Shown here in pieces: positions 44,801 through 52,762 of a DNA stretch of 64,000 nucleotides (its first letter is position 1; every line of letters begins with the position of its first letter). Source of the stretch: Spirochaetes bacterium RBG_16_49_21 (GTDB lineage: Bacteria; Spirochaetota; UBA4802; UBA5550); NCBI GenBank assembly GCA_001829495.1, contig MIBJ01000037.1, positions 39,521 through 103,520 on the forward strand. Direction: 5' to 3'. A program made the translations under genes and the position numbers. A model generated the notes under the pieces. That model did no database searches. It was not told the DNA's origin and was given only the letters and a program-made list of their open reading frames with translations.

Positions 44801-46050
44801 GCGGTGATCTCGTCCAGGGCCGCATCGGCGCCGATCACCTCGCTGATCAGTTTCCTGCCCGCGCCGGTGGTACCGACGGAAACGATCCGCAGGGAGATCC
44901 GCTTCTGCGCAGCCAGGACGTCCATGCATTCGATAAGGGCCTGAACCGCGGCCACCGGCCTGCCGGAGGTTCGCGTGTAAAATCCAGCCAGGACGCGCCG
45001 GACCCGGTCGATCAACACGGCCTTGGTGCTCGTAGACCCGATGTCGATGCCCAGGTAGATCTCATATTCCCGTCCAGCCTCAAGATTTTCATACAGGTCG
45101 ACCTCGACCGGAACCGAGAAATCAACGGCGCTTGCGGTAAACTCAGAGCGCTCAAGGCTTTCAAAAGAAGGATATGCCGACAGATTCAGGGTCAGGGGCC
45201 CGTAGAAATAATTTTTTTTCTTTTCCCGGGGCATGATGACGTCGCCCGGACGCTCGAATTCCGGATGCGTGCCCTGCGCCCCGCCCTTGATCAGATTGAT
45301 CGCCGCGCCGATCGCTCCGTAACAATTCGAATAATCATCGGTAATGATATCAAGATCGAGGTGACGGGAAAAATGCTTCTTCACCGACCTGTTCTTCGAG
45401 ACCCCGCCGCAGAAGACCATGGGCCCGAGGGGACTCACGTTGCTGAACAGGGTATCGGCGATACTTTTCGCCAGTCCGTACGACAGGCCGTCGCATATCT
45501 CCTCCAGGGAATAGCCCTGCTGCTGGGCATGGATAAGGTCGGTCTTCGCGAAAACGGCGCACCGGGAAGCTATCTTCGGCATCTTCCCCCGGTTCCGGAA
45601 AGCCAGATCGTCGAACTCCCTGATCCCGGAGAGATTGAGCCGCACAGCCTGCTGATCCAGAAAACTGCCGGTTCCCGCGGCGCAGGAGGTGTTTGACCGA
45701 TAGTTCAGGTACTCGCCGTTTTCATCAAACAGTACCAGCCCGAACTTCTCCCCACCCACGACCAGTATGGACCGGGCCTCCGGGTGGAGGTGTTTCGATG
45801 CGGTTATTATGGAGACCCGGGAGTCATACGCGACCGCTCCCCTGATGATCGCGGGCGATGAGGATGTAGCTGCAATGCCGCGGAGCGCTGCAAGGTTGAA
45901 GTCGTGCAGGATCCGCTCAAGGGTCTCCTCTATCCTGCCGCAGTGGACGGCATAGGCTGAGCCGGTTATCTCCCTATCCGGAGTCATTTCGACCACGGAT
46001 ACGGATATGGAGCCGATGTCGACGCCGAGTATTCTGTCTTTATCTGCCAT
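41821..46050 (-). CDS. giant fusion protein: two BcrAD/BadFG-type (HgdC-like) ATPase 'activase' modules plus a 2-hydroxyacyl-CoA dehydratase-like (HgdB/DUF2229-type) module
   Basis: Module 1 is aa ~5-255 ('ILGVDIGSISVSVV', 'TSCAAGTGSF', 'SRCAVFAKTD'). Module 2 is aa ~330-590 ('YLGIDIGSTSTKAV', 'YVCAAGTGSF', 'DRCTVFMERD'). The C-terminal ~800 aa resemble dehydratase components (assessed by eye). Confidence 0.85.
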   Translation of the reverse strand: MADKDRILGVDIGSISVSVVEMTPDREITGSAYAVHCGRIEETLERILHDFNLAALRGIAATSSSPAIIRGAVAYDSRVSIITASKHLHPEARSILVVGGEKFGLVLFDENGEYLNYRSNTSCAAGTGSFLDQQAVRLNLSGIREFDDLAFRNRGKMPKIASRCAVFAKTDLIHAQQQGYSLEEICDGLSYGLAKSIADTLFSNVSPLGPMVFCGGVSKNRSVKKHFSRHLDLDIITDDYSNCYGAIGAAINLIKGGAQGTHPEFERPGDVIMPREKKKNYFYGPLTLNLSAYPSFESLERSEFTASAVDFSVPVEVDLYENLEAGREYEIYLGIDIGSTSTKAVLIDRVRRVLAGFYTRTSGRPVAAVQALIECMDVLAAQKRISLRIVSVGTTGAGRKLISEVIGADAALDEITAHARAAVDLDPNVDTIIEIGGQDSKFTTLSNGMVTFSVMNYVCAAGTGSFIEEQAKKLGCGLSEYSGRAEGCRAPMSSDRCTVFMERDINYYLSTGYEVNEALASVLHSVRDNYLTKVATEKNIGERIFFQGATAKNRALVAAFEQRLGKPIMVSKYCHLTGAMGAALHLLDQKTEKSRFRGIDLYKSPIPVHNETCELCANHCKITVARVNEETVAFGFLCGRDYDTLKRVNKPAAYDLIAERNRVLGRKNQVAGAGVTVGIPAALHLFDELDLWEHFFALLSIRTVTSGQYRDGIAEGKRLTGAEFCAPLAALHGHVNYLSDRADYIFLPFYMEDRQKDRDIKRSYCYYTQYSPAVILSAIEIKNKDRILAPVIRSIQGTLHLKLELYKMIKRITGGTIGFLQVSGAYDSAEELHQTSQEMLKEIFVCETGNARDISVVFLGRPYTVLSSSMNNGIPEIFARHGIKTFFQDMLPVPHGGTAGIGSLREAVHWKYAARILEAAHAAAGLDGVYPVFISSFKCTPDSYAVEYFKRILDYQRKPYLILQLDEHDSSLGYETRIEAGIRSFRNHYRSRARTTGPSRVIDESGFTKSKEIFAGRTLLLPNWDSLTCSLLEACLRGEGIDARIVSEDAGSIKRSMRFNTGQCIPFNIIIENSIEYIERNGLNPDATVIWSPDSKIACNIGMFPYYTKYILESYGKGYERIPVFMGDFNFVSISISTAVRCYLAYLSGGMLRKIGCFIRPYENRKGATDEAVSAGREILYEAFLNNKPKEEALDIVMRLFEEIALTRTNRPKVAIFGDLYVRDNDVMNQNLIKTIEDNGGEVITTPYSEYVGIVAHRYVKKWFRQGQYSDAALGKVLIKIMEVLNARYYKYFNRILAGREFRVLDDSANLLSRFNLSLFHTGESMDNILKIFHLVDGHPDLSLFVQTNPSYCCPSLVTEAMADKIEQITGIPIVTIEYDGTGGSKNDDVIPYLKYPRTGKKRQYKKAI

Positions 46051-46277
46051 AGATGTTATTATGCAAAATTGTTTATCACCACTAAACCGGGAGTCTTTTT
46101 ATGTCAATAATCTATTACCGGACAAAACCAATTTCGTTGCCTCTGTTGGAGGCATGGGCGGCGGATGAACCGACTTGCAAGTAAACGTAAGCCCCCCTCC
46201 GGGGGGTTGGGGGGCAAAGGATCGGCTCATGCAATATTCTTCTTGATGCCGTCGCAACAGTTTTCATAATTGTCCGG

Positions 46278-47504
46278 ATGATTCATACAAACAAAATCAG
46301 GCCTGAGATCGTTTCCCCTGCAGGCAGCCTGGAAAAACTCAAATTCGCCGTTCTGTACGGCGCGGATGCAGTATATTTCGGCGGCAGGCGTTTTAATCTA
46401 CGAAGTCAATCCGATAATCTCGGGAACGATGAGATCAGGCAGGCGCTCGCGTTCTGTAAAATGCGGGGGGTGAAGACAATTTTTTTAATGAATTCGTTTC
46501 TGCATGAGAAGGACGTTCCGGCTGCGCGGCGCTTCATCGGAGAGATAAAAGAATTCGAGTTCGATGCAGTCATGATCTCCGATCCGGGGATGATAGAGCT
46601 TGTCAGGGAATCGGGAATGAAATCGCAGATCCATCTCTCTACGCAGATGTCCGCCCTGAACCATCTTGCGGTGAAATTCTGGAAAAGCGCCGGCATCGAC
46701 CGGATCGTGCTGGCGCGCGAGGCCGGCGTGGACGAGATAAAGATGATCAAGGACAGCACCGGCGCGGCCATAGAGGTGTTCGTGCACGGCGCCCTCTGCA
46801 TCGCCTATTCAGGCAGATGCCTGTTGTCCCGCTACCTGTCCGGTCGCGACGCGAACCAGGGGGAATGCGCGCAGGCGTGCAGGTGGCGCTACTCCCTGAT
46901 TGAAGAGAATCGGCCCGGGGATCATATTGACGTCATAGAACATGCGGCAGGCACGGAACTTTTGTCATCCAAGGATCTCTGCCTTGTTGAACGGCTTCAT
47001 GAATACATAAGCGCCGGAGCGGACGCGTTCAAGATCGAGGGAAGGATGAAGTCGGTTTATTACGCCGCGAATACGGCACGGATATACCGGCATGCGGCTC
47101 AATTCGCCGGAACCGAACAATTCGCCGAATACCTTTCTTTTTACCGGCAGGAGCTTGATCTGGTGAGCCACCGCCCTTACACCGACGACATCTTCAATGA
47201 GTTCGATAACCGGGGGTTCACACCGATCCCGTACATCAAGAAAGCCATGTTCCTGGGCTACAACGCAGGCGGCGCTTCGGTCGGGAAGCAGGCTCTTATT
47301 AAAACATTTAATCCAATATATCTGAATGACGTAATCGACGCCATATACCCCATTGACGGCTCAATCAGGGATATTCAATGCTGCGTTACCGGAATCATGG
47401 ACGAGAACGGCCGGAGCGTGGACATGGCCAGACCCGGCTTCACCTGTCGCATAACATTCGACACGGATCTGGAAGAACACGCTATTCTCAGGCGAAGGGT
47501 GTAA
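46278..47504 (+). CDS. peptidase U32-family protein (Fe-S-dependent, O2-independent hydroxylase-type family)
   Basis: 'EIVSPAGSLEKLKFAVLYGADAVYFG' U32 N-terminus, 'EVFVHGALCIAYSGRCLLS' and a complete CX6CX15CX3C motif at Cys174/181/197/201. Confidence 0.85.
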   Translation: MIHTNKIRPEIVSPAGSLEKLKFAVLYGADAVYFGGRRFNLRSQSDNLGNDEIRQALAFCKMRGVKTIFLMNSFLHEKDVPAARRFIGEIKEFEFDAVMISDPGMIELVRESGMKSQIHLSTQMSALNHLAVKFWKSAGIDRIVLAREAGVDEIKMIKDSTGAAIEVFVHGALCIAYSGRCLLSRYLSGRDANQGECAQACRWRYSLIEENRPGDHIDVIEHAAGTELLSSKDLCLVERLHEYISAGADAFKIEGRMKSVYYAANTARIYRHAAQFAGTEQFAEYLSFYRQELDLVSHRPYTDDIFNEFDNRGFTPIPYIKKAMFLGYNAGGASVGKQALIKTFNPIYLNDVIDAIYPIDGSIRDIQCCVTGIMDENGRSVDMARPGFTCRITFDTDLEEHAILRRRV

Positions 47505-47533
47505 GATAAAATATTCTCCGCAAGATTGTGCTC

Positions 47534-47561
47534 TTGACAAAAAACAGATGATGATTAGACT
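47534..47561 (+). promoter_or_regulatory. candidate sigma70-type promoter for hisS
   Basis: TTGACA (47534-47539), 16 nt spacer, TAGACT (47556-47561), ~65 nt upstream of the hisS ATG. Confidence 0.35.
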
Positions 47562-47624
47562 TAGCGACTTGGCGTCTTTGCGAGAGATAGTTGAGTAATA
47601 GGTACTATAAAATAAGGAATACCC

Positions 47625-48887
47625 ATGATATCAAAACCCCCCGGCATTGAAGATAGATTCCCGGACAGAATTGCCGCATGGAGCCTGATTACCGGCGCGG
47701 CGCGGGACGTGTTCAGGATATACAATTACCGGGAGATCATGCCGCCGGTCATGGAATTCACCGAGGTGTTCGTGCGGGGGCTGGGAAGGGAAAGCGACAT
47801 CGTTTCCAAGGAAATGTTTACGTTTGAGGACCGGGGGGGGCGAAGCCTCACGCTTCGGCCGGAAGGAACCGCGGGAGTCGTGCGCGCGTACATTGAAAAC
47901 GGCGAATACAACCGCCGGGCTACTTCCAAGCTGTTTTACGTAGGGCCGATGTTCCGGGCGGAGCGGCCCCAGAAAGGGAGGCTTCGGCAGTTCTACCAGT
48001 TCGGTGCCGAGCTGTTCGGAGGATCCGATCCCTTCTATGACTTTGAGATCATATCCATGATGGATATGATCTCAAAGCGGGTCGGGATCGACGATTATAC
48101 CCTTCTGGTAAACTCCATCGGATGCGCCTCGTGCCGCAAGGAATTCGTCAAAGCGCTCGCCCGGTACTACACCGGCATGAAGGACCTCCTGTGCAAGGAC
48201 TGCGTCGTCAGGCTTGAGCGCAACCCCCTGCGGCTCCTGGATTGCAAACAGGATTCATGCCAGCCGCTCAAAAAGGACTCACCCAAGATCACCGCTTACC
48301 TCGACGAAGAATGCAGGAGCCATTATGAATCCGTGAAAAAATACCTTTCAGATAACAAGATATCCTTTAAAGAAGATCCCCTTCTCGTCCGCGGCCTCGA
48401 CTATTACACGAAAACCACTTTTGAGTTCGTCACCACCAAGCTGGGCGGCCAGAATGCCTTTGCAGCAGGAGGCAGGTATGACAACCTGGTGGAGGAATTC
48501 GGCGGAAGGACGACGCCCGCGGTCGGCTTTGCCGCGGGCATTGAGCGGATGGAGATACTCCTGGAGAATAAAAAAATGGCCGCGCACGGCCTTGACGTTT
48601 TCATCGTCCATGCCGGAGGAGAAGCGCTGAACAAGGCGGCATCGACCTGCGGCCTGCTCCGCCAAAGCGGCTTATCCGCGGACATGGACCCGGCGGCAAA
48701 GGGATTCAAGGCCCAGCTTAAAAAGGCTGATCGCGACAAAGCGGCGCTGGCGCTTATAATCGGCGAGGATGAGCTCGCTGCCGGGAGCATTACCGTAAAA
48801 GACCTGAAAACCGGAGAGCAGGAGAAGGTCAAGGAGGATGCGATTATCGACTATCTGAAGGCGAAATTGGGCAGATCTCATCCATGA
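47625..48887 (+). CDS. hisS: histidine--tRNA ligase
   Basis: 'LTLRPEGTA', 'FRAERPQKGRLRQFYQFG' and 'GGRYDNLV' class II HisRS motifs. Confidence 0.95.
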   Translation: MISKPPGIEDRFPDRIAAWSLITGAARDVFRIYNYREIMPPVMEFTEVFVRGLGRESDIVSKEMFTFEDRGGRSLTLRPEGTAGVVRAYIENGEYNRRATSKLFYVGPMFRAERPQKGRLRQFYQFGAELFGGSDPFYDFEIISMMDMISKRVGIDDYTLLVNSIGCASCRKEFVKALARYYTGMKDLLCKDCVVRLERNPLRLLDCKQDSCQPLKKDSPKITAYLDEECRSHYESVKKYLSDNKISFKEDPLLVRGLDYYTKTTFEFVTTKLGGQNAFAAGGRYDNLVEEFGGRTTPAVGFAAGIERMEILLENKKMAAHGLDVFIVHAGGEALNKAASTCGLLRQSGLSADMDPAAKGFKAQLKKADRDKAALALIIGEDELAAGSITVKDLKTGEQEKVKEDAIIDYLKAKLGRSHP

Positions 48888-49054
48888 ACCTTCTCTGACC
48901 TCACCCGCGCGCTGCGCACCCTCTCCCATTAAGTTTGGAAGAAAGGAGAGGGTTTCCGCTGAATTAGCCTCATTCTTAGACTCCCCCTCTCCTTTTTTCA
49001 TTTCTTAATGGGAGAGGGGGCCGGGGGGTGAGGTCCGAGAAGGTTCATGGATGA
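48878..49054. mobile_element. palindromic MITE-like repeat, copy A (core 48897-49035) with a locus-specific 29 nt extension of the inverted repeat
   Basis: TCATCCATGAACCTTCTCTGACCTCACCC (48878-48906) is the reverse complement of 49026-49054 with one mismatch. The core is ~90% identical to copy B over the first ~65 nt. Spurious ORFs on both copies share 'AETLSFLP.LMGEGA..AGEVREG'. Confidence 0.75.
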
Positions 49055-50550
49055 AGGCATTGCCACTTGAAAATATGTTAAAAAAATCTCAAATGCTGGA
49101 CATTTTCAACCAAAGCGGCTTCCTGCTCTCTCCCCGCCAGGCGGACCAGTTCATCATATACTACGACCTCATCGTCAAACACAACGAATCCCTGGACCTG
49201 ACCAGGCTGAAATCCTTTGAGGATATCGTGGTCAAACACTTCATTGATTCAATTTATATCACCAAATACCTCGACCTCCCCTCCCCCCTCATCGACATCG
49301 GCACCGGTGCGGGATTCCCCGGAATTCCCCTGAAGATACTTCTTCCGGACATCACCCTCATACTGGCGGAGCCGCGTAAAAAAAGGGCATTGTTCCTGGA
49401 AACAGCGGTCCGGACGCTTGAGCTCTCCGATGTTACGGTATATCCGCATATGGTCACGGACAAATCATTTTTTACCGTGGGCGGGGTGATAACGCGCGCG
49501 CTGGAACCGATCGACGATACCCTGACCAGGGTAAGGCATTTCTTGAGCCGCGAAGGCAGGGTCGTTCTCATGAAGGGGCCTGAAGCGGATGAGGACCTTA
49601 AAGCAGTTTCAGAGGAGAACTATCACTCCTATAGCCTTGAATCCGACCGGGAATACTCCCTGCCCGGCACAAATTACTCCCGCAGAATTATCGTGTATCA
49701 GAAAATCTCGGCCGCAACCAGAAAGACCTACTCCATACTGAAAGACCTCTCTGCCACCGCCGGCATTGCCATAACATCCGGCCAGAACAAGAAATTCAAA
49801 AACCTGGAAAAACTCTCCTCAACGGACGGAATACGAAAGGCCGGCACCGCGCTCGTATCAGGGAAAAAGATCATTAAAGAGATTATCAGAAAGGGAAGTC
49901 CGCCGGTTACGGAGCTCGTCCTGTATGACGGCTATGCCGAGCATGACGATGTCCTGAACGCCGTTATCGGCGAATTTGAGCTCCGGGGATCGCTCATCGT
50001 GCTGAAAAAATCGCTCTTCAACCGGCTCGACCTTTTCAAAACGCGAAATCCCCTGGCTGTTGTCGAGACCCCGGAAATAAAGGAATGGGACCGAACACTC
50101 GGCCCGGGATGCACCCTGCTCATCCCTTTCCAGGATCCGGCGAATGTCGGATCGGCAATCCGCTCTGCAGCCGGGTTTAATGTAAGAAAGATCATCATTT
50201 TGAAACAAGGCGCGAATCCGTATCATCCTAAATCGATACGGGCTTCTGCCGGTGCGGTATTCAGCGTTGATATTATGAACGGGCCCTCCCTGTACGACCT
50301 GGGTGAGGCTTTAAAGGAGAAGGCGTCAAGCATCATTGCGCTGGACGCGGGCGGCGAGCCCCTGCCATCCTTTGATTTCCCCGAGCGGTTCCTCCTCCTG
50401 CCCGGGATCGAGGGGCCGGGGCTTCCCCAGGAGCTTAAAGCGCGCTCCGTAGCGGTTCCCCTCGCTGCCGGCGTGGAATCCCTTAACGCAGCAGCCGCCC
50501 TCTCCATAGCGCTATACGAATGGAACCGGCGCTACTCGCCCTCGAACTGA
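49051..50550 (+). CDS. rsmG: fusion of 16S rRNA (guanine527-N7)-methyltransferase RsmG with a SpoU/TrmH-family RNA 2'-O-methyltransferase
   Basis: aa 1-~218 has 'LIDIGTGAGFPGIPLKIL' and 'RALEP', the RsmG/GidB fold. aa ~225-499 has SpoU motifs 'LLIPFQDPANVGSAIRSAAGF', 'LLLPGIEGPGLP' and 'VAVPLAAGVESLNAAAALSIALYE'. Confidence 0.85.
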   Translation: MKALPLENMLKKSQMLDIFNQSGFLLSPRQADQFIIYYDLIVKHNESLDLTRLKSFEDIVVKHFIDSIYITKYLDLPSPLIDIGTGAGFPGIPLKILLPDITLILAEPRKKRALFLETAVRTLELSDVTVYPHMVTDKSFFTVGGVITRALEPIDDTLTRVRHFLSREGRVVLMKGPEADEDLKAVSEENYHSYSLESDREYSLPGTNYSRRIIVYQKISAATRKTYSILKDLSATAGIAITSGQNKKFKNLEKLSSTDGIRKAGTALVSGKKIIKEIIRKGSPPVTELVLYDGYAEHDDVLNAVIGEFELRGSLIVLKKSLFNRLDLFKTRNPLAVVETPEIKEWDRTLGPGCTLLIPFQDPANVGSAIRSAAGFNVRKIIILKQGANPYHPKSIRASAGAVFSVDIMNGPSLYDLGEALKEKASSIIALDAGGEPLPSFDFPERFLLLPGIEGPGLPQELKARSVAVPLAAGVESLNAAAALSIALYEWNRRYSPSN

Positions 50551-51071
50551 ACCAGGGAAAAAAGGCTGTACCCGGCATCGAGTATCTTCTTCCCGCCTCC
50601 CAAACCCGGGAGCTCAACGATAAAGCCGATCTCCACCACCCTGCCGCCCAGCTTCTCGATAAGCCGGGCGCTTGCCAGAGACGTGCCGCCGGTGGCGAGC
50701 AGGTCGTCGATGATGAGCACCTTGTCCCCCGGCTTTACCGAGTCGATGTGGACCTCGATCGTGTCGCTCCCGTATTCGAGCTCGTATTCGTGCGACACGG
50801 TTTCATAGGGGAGCTTCCCCTCCTTCCTGATCGGCACCAGCCCCTTCCGGAGCTCATACGCTATCGCGCCGCCGATGAGAAAGCCCCGCGCCTCTATGCC
50901 CGCGATGAAATCAATATCCATGTTGCAGTAGCGCCGGATGAAGGCGTCAATAGTCATCCTGAACCCCTCTTTGTCGTTGAGAAGGGTCGTGATGTCCCTG
51001 AAAATGATCCCCTTTTTGGGAAAATCGGGAATGCTGCGGATCTTTGATTTTAGAATCTCTTCGATCTTCAT
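50532..51071 (-). CDS. apt: adenine phosphoribosyltransferase
   Basis: 'FPKKGIIFRDIT' and the PRPP motif 'VLIIDDLLATGGT'. The 3' end overlaps the convergent rsmG-fusion gene by 19 nt. Confidence 0.95.
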   Translation of the reverse strand: MKIEEILKSKIRSIPDFPKKGIIFRDITTLLNDKEGFRMTIDAFIRRYCNMDIDFIAGIEARGFLIGGAIAYELRKGLVPIRKEGKLPYETVSHEYELEYGSDTIEVHIDSVKPGDKVLIIDDLLATGGTSLASARLIEKLGGRVVEIGFIVELPGLGGGKKILDAGYSLFSLVQFEGE

Positions 51072-52435
51072 CAGTATTTCACCTCAGCCTTTACATATAC
51101 GCTGTTGTTGGGAGTGGGGTCCTTTTTCGCAAAATCATTAAACCAGGTGCCTTCATGGTAGCGGATATATTCATAATAGGCGACCATGCGGAAGTACCTG
51201 CTGAACTGATATCCGACCCCGGCACCGGCGACTATTGTTTCATGGGTGCGCCGCTCGTTTCCGATGAGGCTCTTCAGCTCCTTCCCGTACCCGTACCGGG
51301 CCACGACAAGAACGGGAGCCGGTTTTACTATCGCACCGAGGTTGAAATTAACCCATGAATCGATCAGGTAAAAGTGCTCCGTGTGCCCTGGCGCGTACCA
51401 CAGAGCGGCTGCCGTAGTGGGCAGGAATACGGTTTTTGAAAACGTCATTTGCGGAAGGAAAAAATTTATCCCGATCTTGACGAGGTCGCTGTACCAGGCT
51501 GCGCCGACTCCCCAGTAGCTGCTTTTGTCAATGCCGCTGTATTTGATGACATATCCTATTGGTGAGCTTTCGAGGTTGGACGTGTCCACGCGGTTCGTAT
51601 TCGTGTCCTCCCACCTGGCGTAAAAATTTATAAAGAGCTCCTTTAACCTGAACAATTCAGGATTGACCGACGCCATTATGGTGTGCGCCTTTCCCGCGTA
51701 GGTCTCGCTGTTGTCGAACAGATACCCTTCGCCGTTGGTGTAGGTGTATTCAAAGCGCAATAATCTGAAAAAGCCGATTGAAAAGAGCCCGCCAAGGTCA
51801 GCTTCGTTGTCGAAGCTCTTGCCGTTCAGGACAAACTTCGATCCATTCAGAAAGTTTGGACCTATCCACCGCAGATCGCTCAGCCAGTCGGTGAACCCTA
51901 TAACCGGAGTGGCTATTTTCCCGCCCTGAGCCTTCACGAATATCGGACCGTAGGGGGTTGAAAATTCCTTGTAGAGCTGAACAAAGCCGTATTTCAGGAA
52001 CAGGAAATCGGGTCCCGTAGGCTGAATATCCGTGGTCACCTTAACGCTGAATATATCGCCGATCTCCTTTTTGAGCGTGAGATACGCACGCTGCAACCTG
52101 AAGGTGTTGCTGTTCTGATAGGAATAATTCGACGGCTCTGACCCGATCAGGGACGGATAATTTGTGGTGTCAATCCCCCACCGGGGAACCCTGTTCCATT
52201 CATCCCCGCCGCTGTTGTTGAATCCGGTAAAATAGGCCCACTCCATATACATCAGCCCCGATAGATCTACCCACAGCTTGCTGGGATCCTTTTCCCGCAT
52301 CTCCTGGCTTGCCGGTGAAGTCTGCTCATTTGCCGCATCAGGCCTGTCATTATCCGGTTTTTCCTGGGATAAAACAGGTCTGTAGAATAAGATAAAAACG
52401 ATCACGGTGATTATACCGATACCTCTGATCCTCAT
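51071..52435 (-). CDS. outer-membrane beta-barrel (porin-like) protein
   Basis: A start at ATG 52435 (SD GGAGGT 6 nt upstream) gives the signal peptide 'MRIRGIGIITVIVFILFYRPVLSQE'. Alternating aromatic/Gly-rich strands, C-terminal 'VYVKAEVKY'. The stop overlaps the apt start (TGATG). Confidence 0.7.
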   Translation of the reverse strand: MRIRGIGIITVIVFILFYRPVLSQEKPDNDRPDAANEQTSPASQEMREKDPSKLWVDLSGLMYMEWAYFTGFNNSGGDEWNRVPRWGIDTTNYPSLIGSEPSNYSYQNSNTFRLQRAYLTLKKEIGDIFSVKVTTDIQPTGPDFLFLKYGFVQLYKEFSTPYGPIFVKAQGGKIATPVIGFTDWLSDLRWIGPNFLNGSKFVLNGKSFDNEADLGGLFSIGFFRLLRFEYTYTNGEGYLFDNSETYAGKAHTIMASVNPELFRLKELFINFYARWEDTNTNRVDTSNLESSPIGYVIKYSGIDKSSYWGVGAAWYSDLVKIGINFFLPQMTFSKTVFLPTTAAALWYAPGHTEHFYLIDSWVNFNLGAIVKPAPVLVVARYGYGKELKSLIGNERRTHETIVAGAGVGYQFSRYFRMVAYYEYIRYHEGTWFNDFAKKDPTPNNSVYVKAEVKY

Positions 52436-52580
52436 TGTATACCTCCGGTACTCCTCCTCAATCAGATAAATAACAAGATTAATATTGGATTTATTTTTCA
52501 AATCAACAGCCTGATTGGTGCATCTTTAAAATGTCAATGACAAATTTTTAACTATACCCTATACTTGTCGGATAGCTCAC

Positions 52581-52695
52581 TGTCATTGCGAGCGTAGCAA
52601 AGCAATACGCGAATGCTGGAAAAAATAACTGGCCACCCTTCGTCGCTAGTGCTCCTCGCAATGACATTTAAAGTAATTTTGGCAACAAGTCTATT
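52581..52695 (+). repeat. full 'CATTGCGAG' hairpin repeat, followed by the GCAACAAGTCTA motif (occurrence 2)
   Basis: Arms TGTCATTGCGAG (52581-52592) and CTCGCAATGACA (52655-52666). GCAACAAGTCTATT lies at 52682-52695 and itself forms a hairpin with AGACTTGT downstream. Confidence 0.7.
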
Positions 52696-52762
52696 ATTCA
52701 AAAAAGACTTGTAACAATTCGAATCGATTCGCTACTTATATAAGATTTTATATATAGTAATA

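Noticed and set aside
47505-47624. T-box or His-leader attenuator upstream of hisS.
   Set aside because: The leader is only ~120 nt, with no specifier, T-box or antiterminator sequences. The only small ORF (MMIRLSDLASLREIVE) has no His codons.
48672-49001. ORFs 48672-49001 and 62261-62644 share a conserved peptide, 'AETLSFLP.LMGEGA..AGEVREG', which could suggest a small duplicated gene.
   Set aside because: The shared peptide is simply the translation of the palindromic repeat. Both ORFs overlap real genes (hisS and ssb) on the opposite strand and have no SD.
52676-52693. Reading the GCAACAAGTCTA motif as a sigma54 (-24 GG / -12 GC) or uniform sigma70 promoter.
   Set aside because: The GG-N10-GC spacing is not met. 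Taking TTGCAA/TTACAA/TGGCAA as -35, only the 31273 site has a good -10 (TTTAAT) at 17 nt. The 52680 site has none and the 62114 site is weak.
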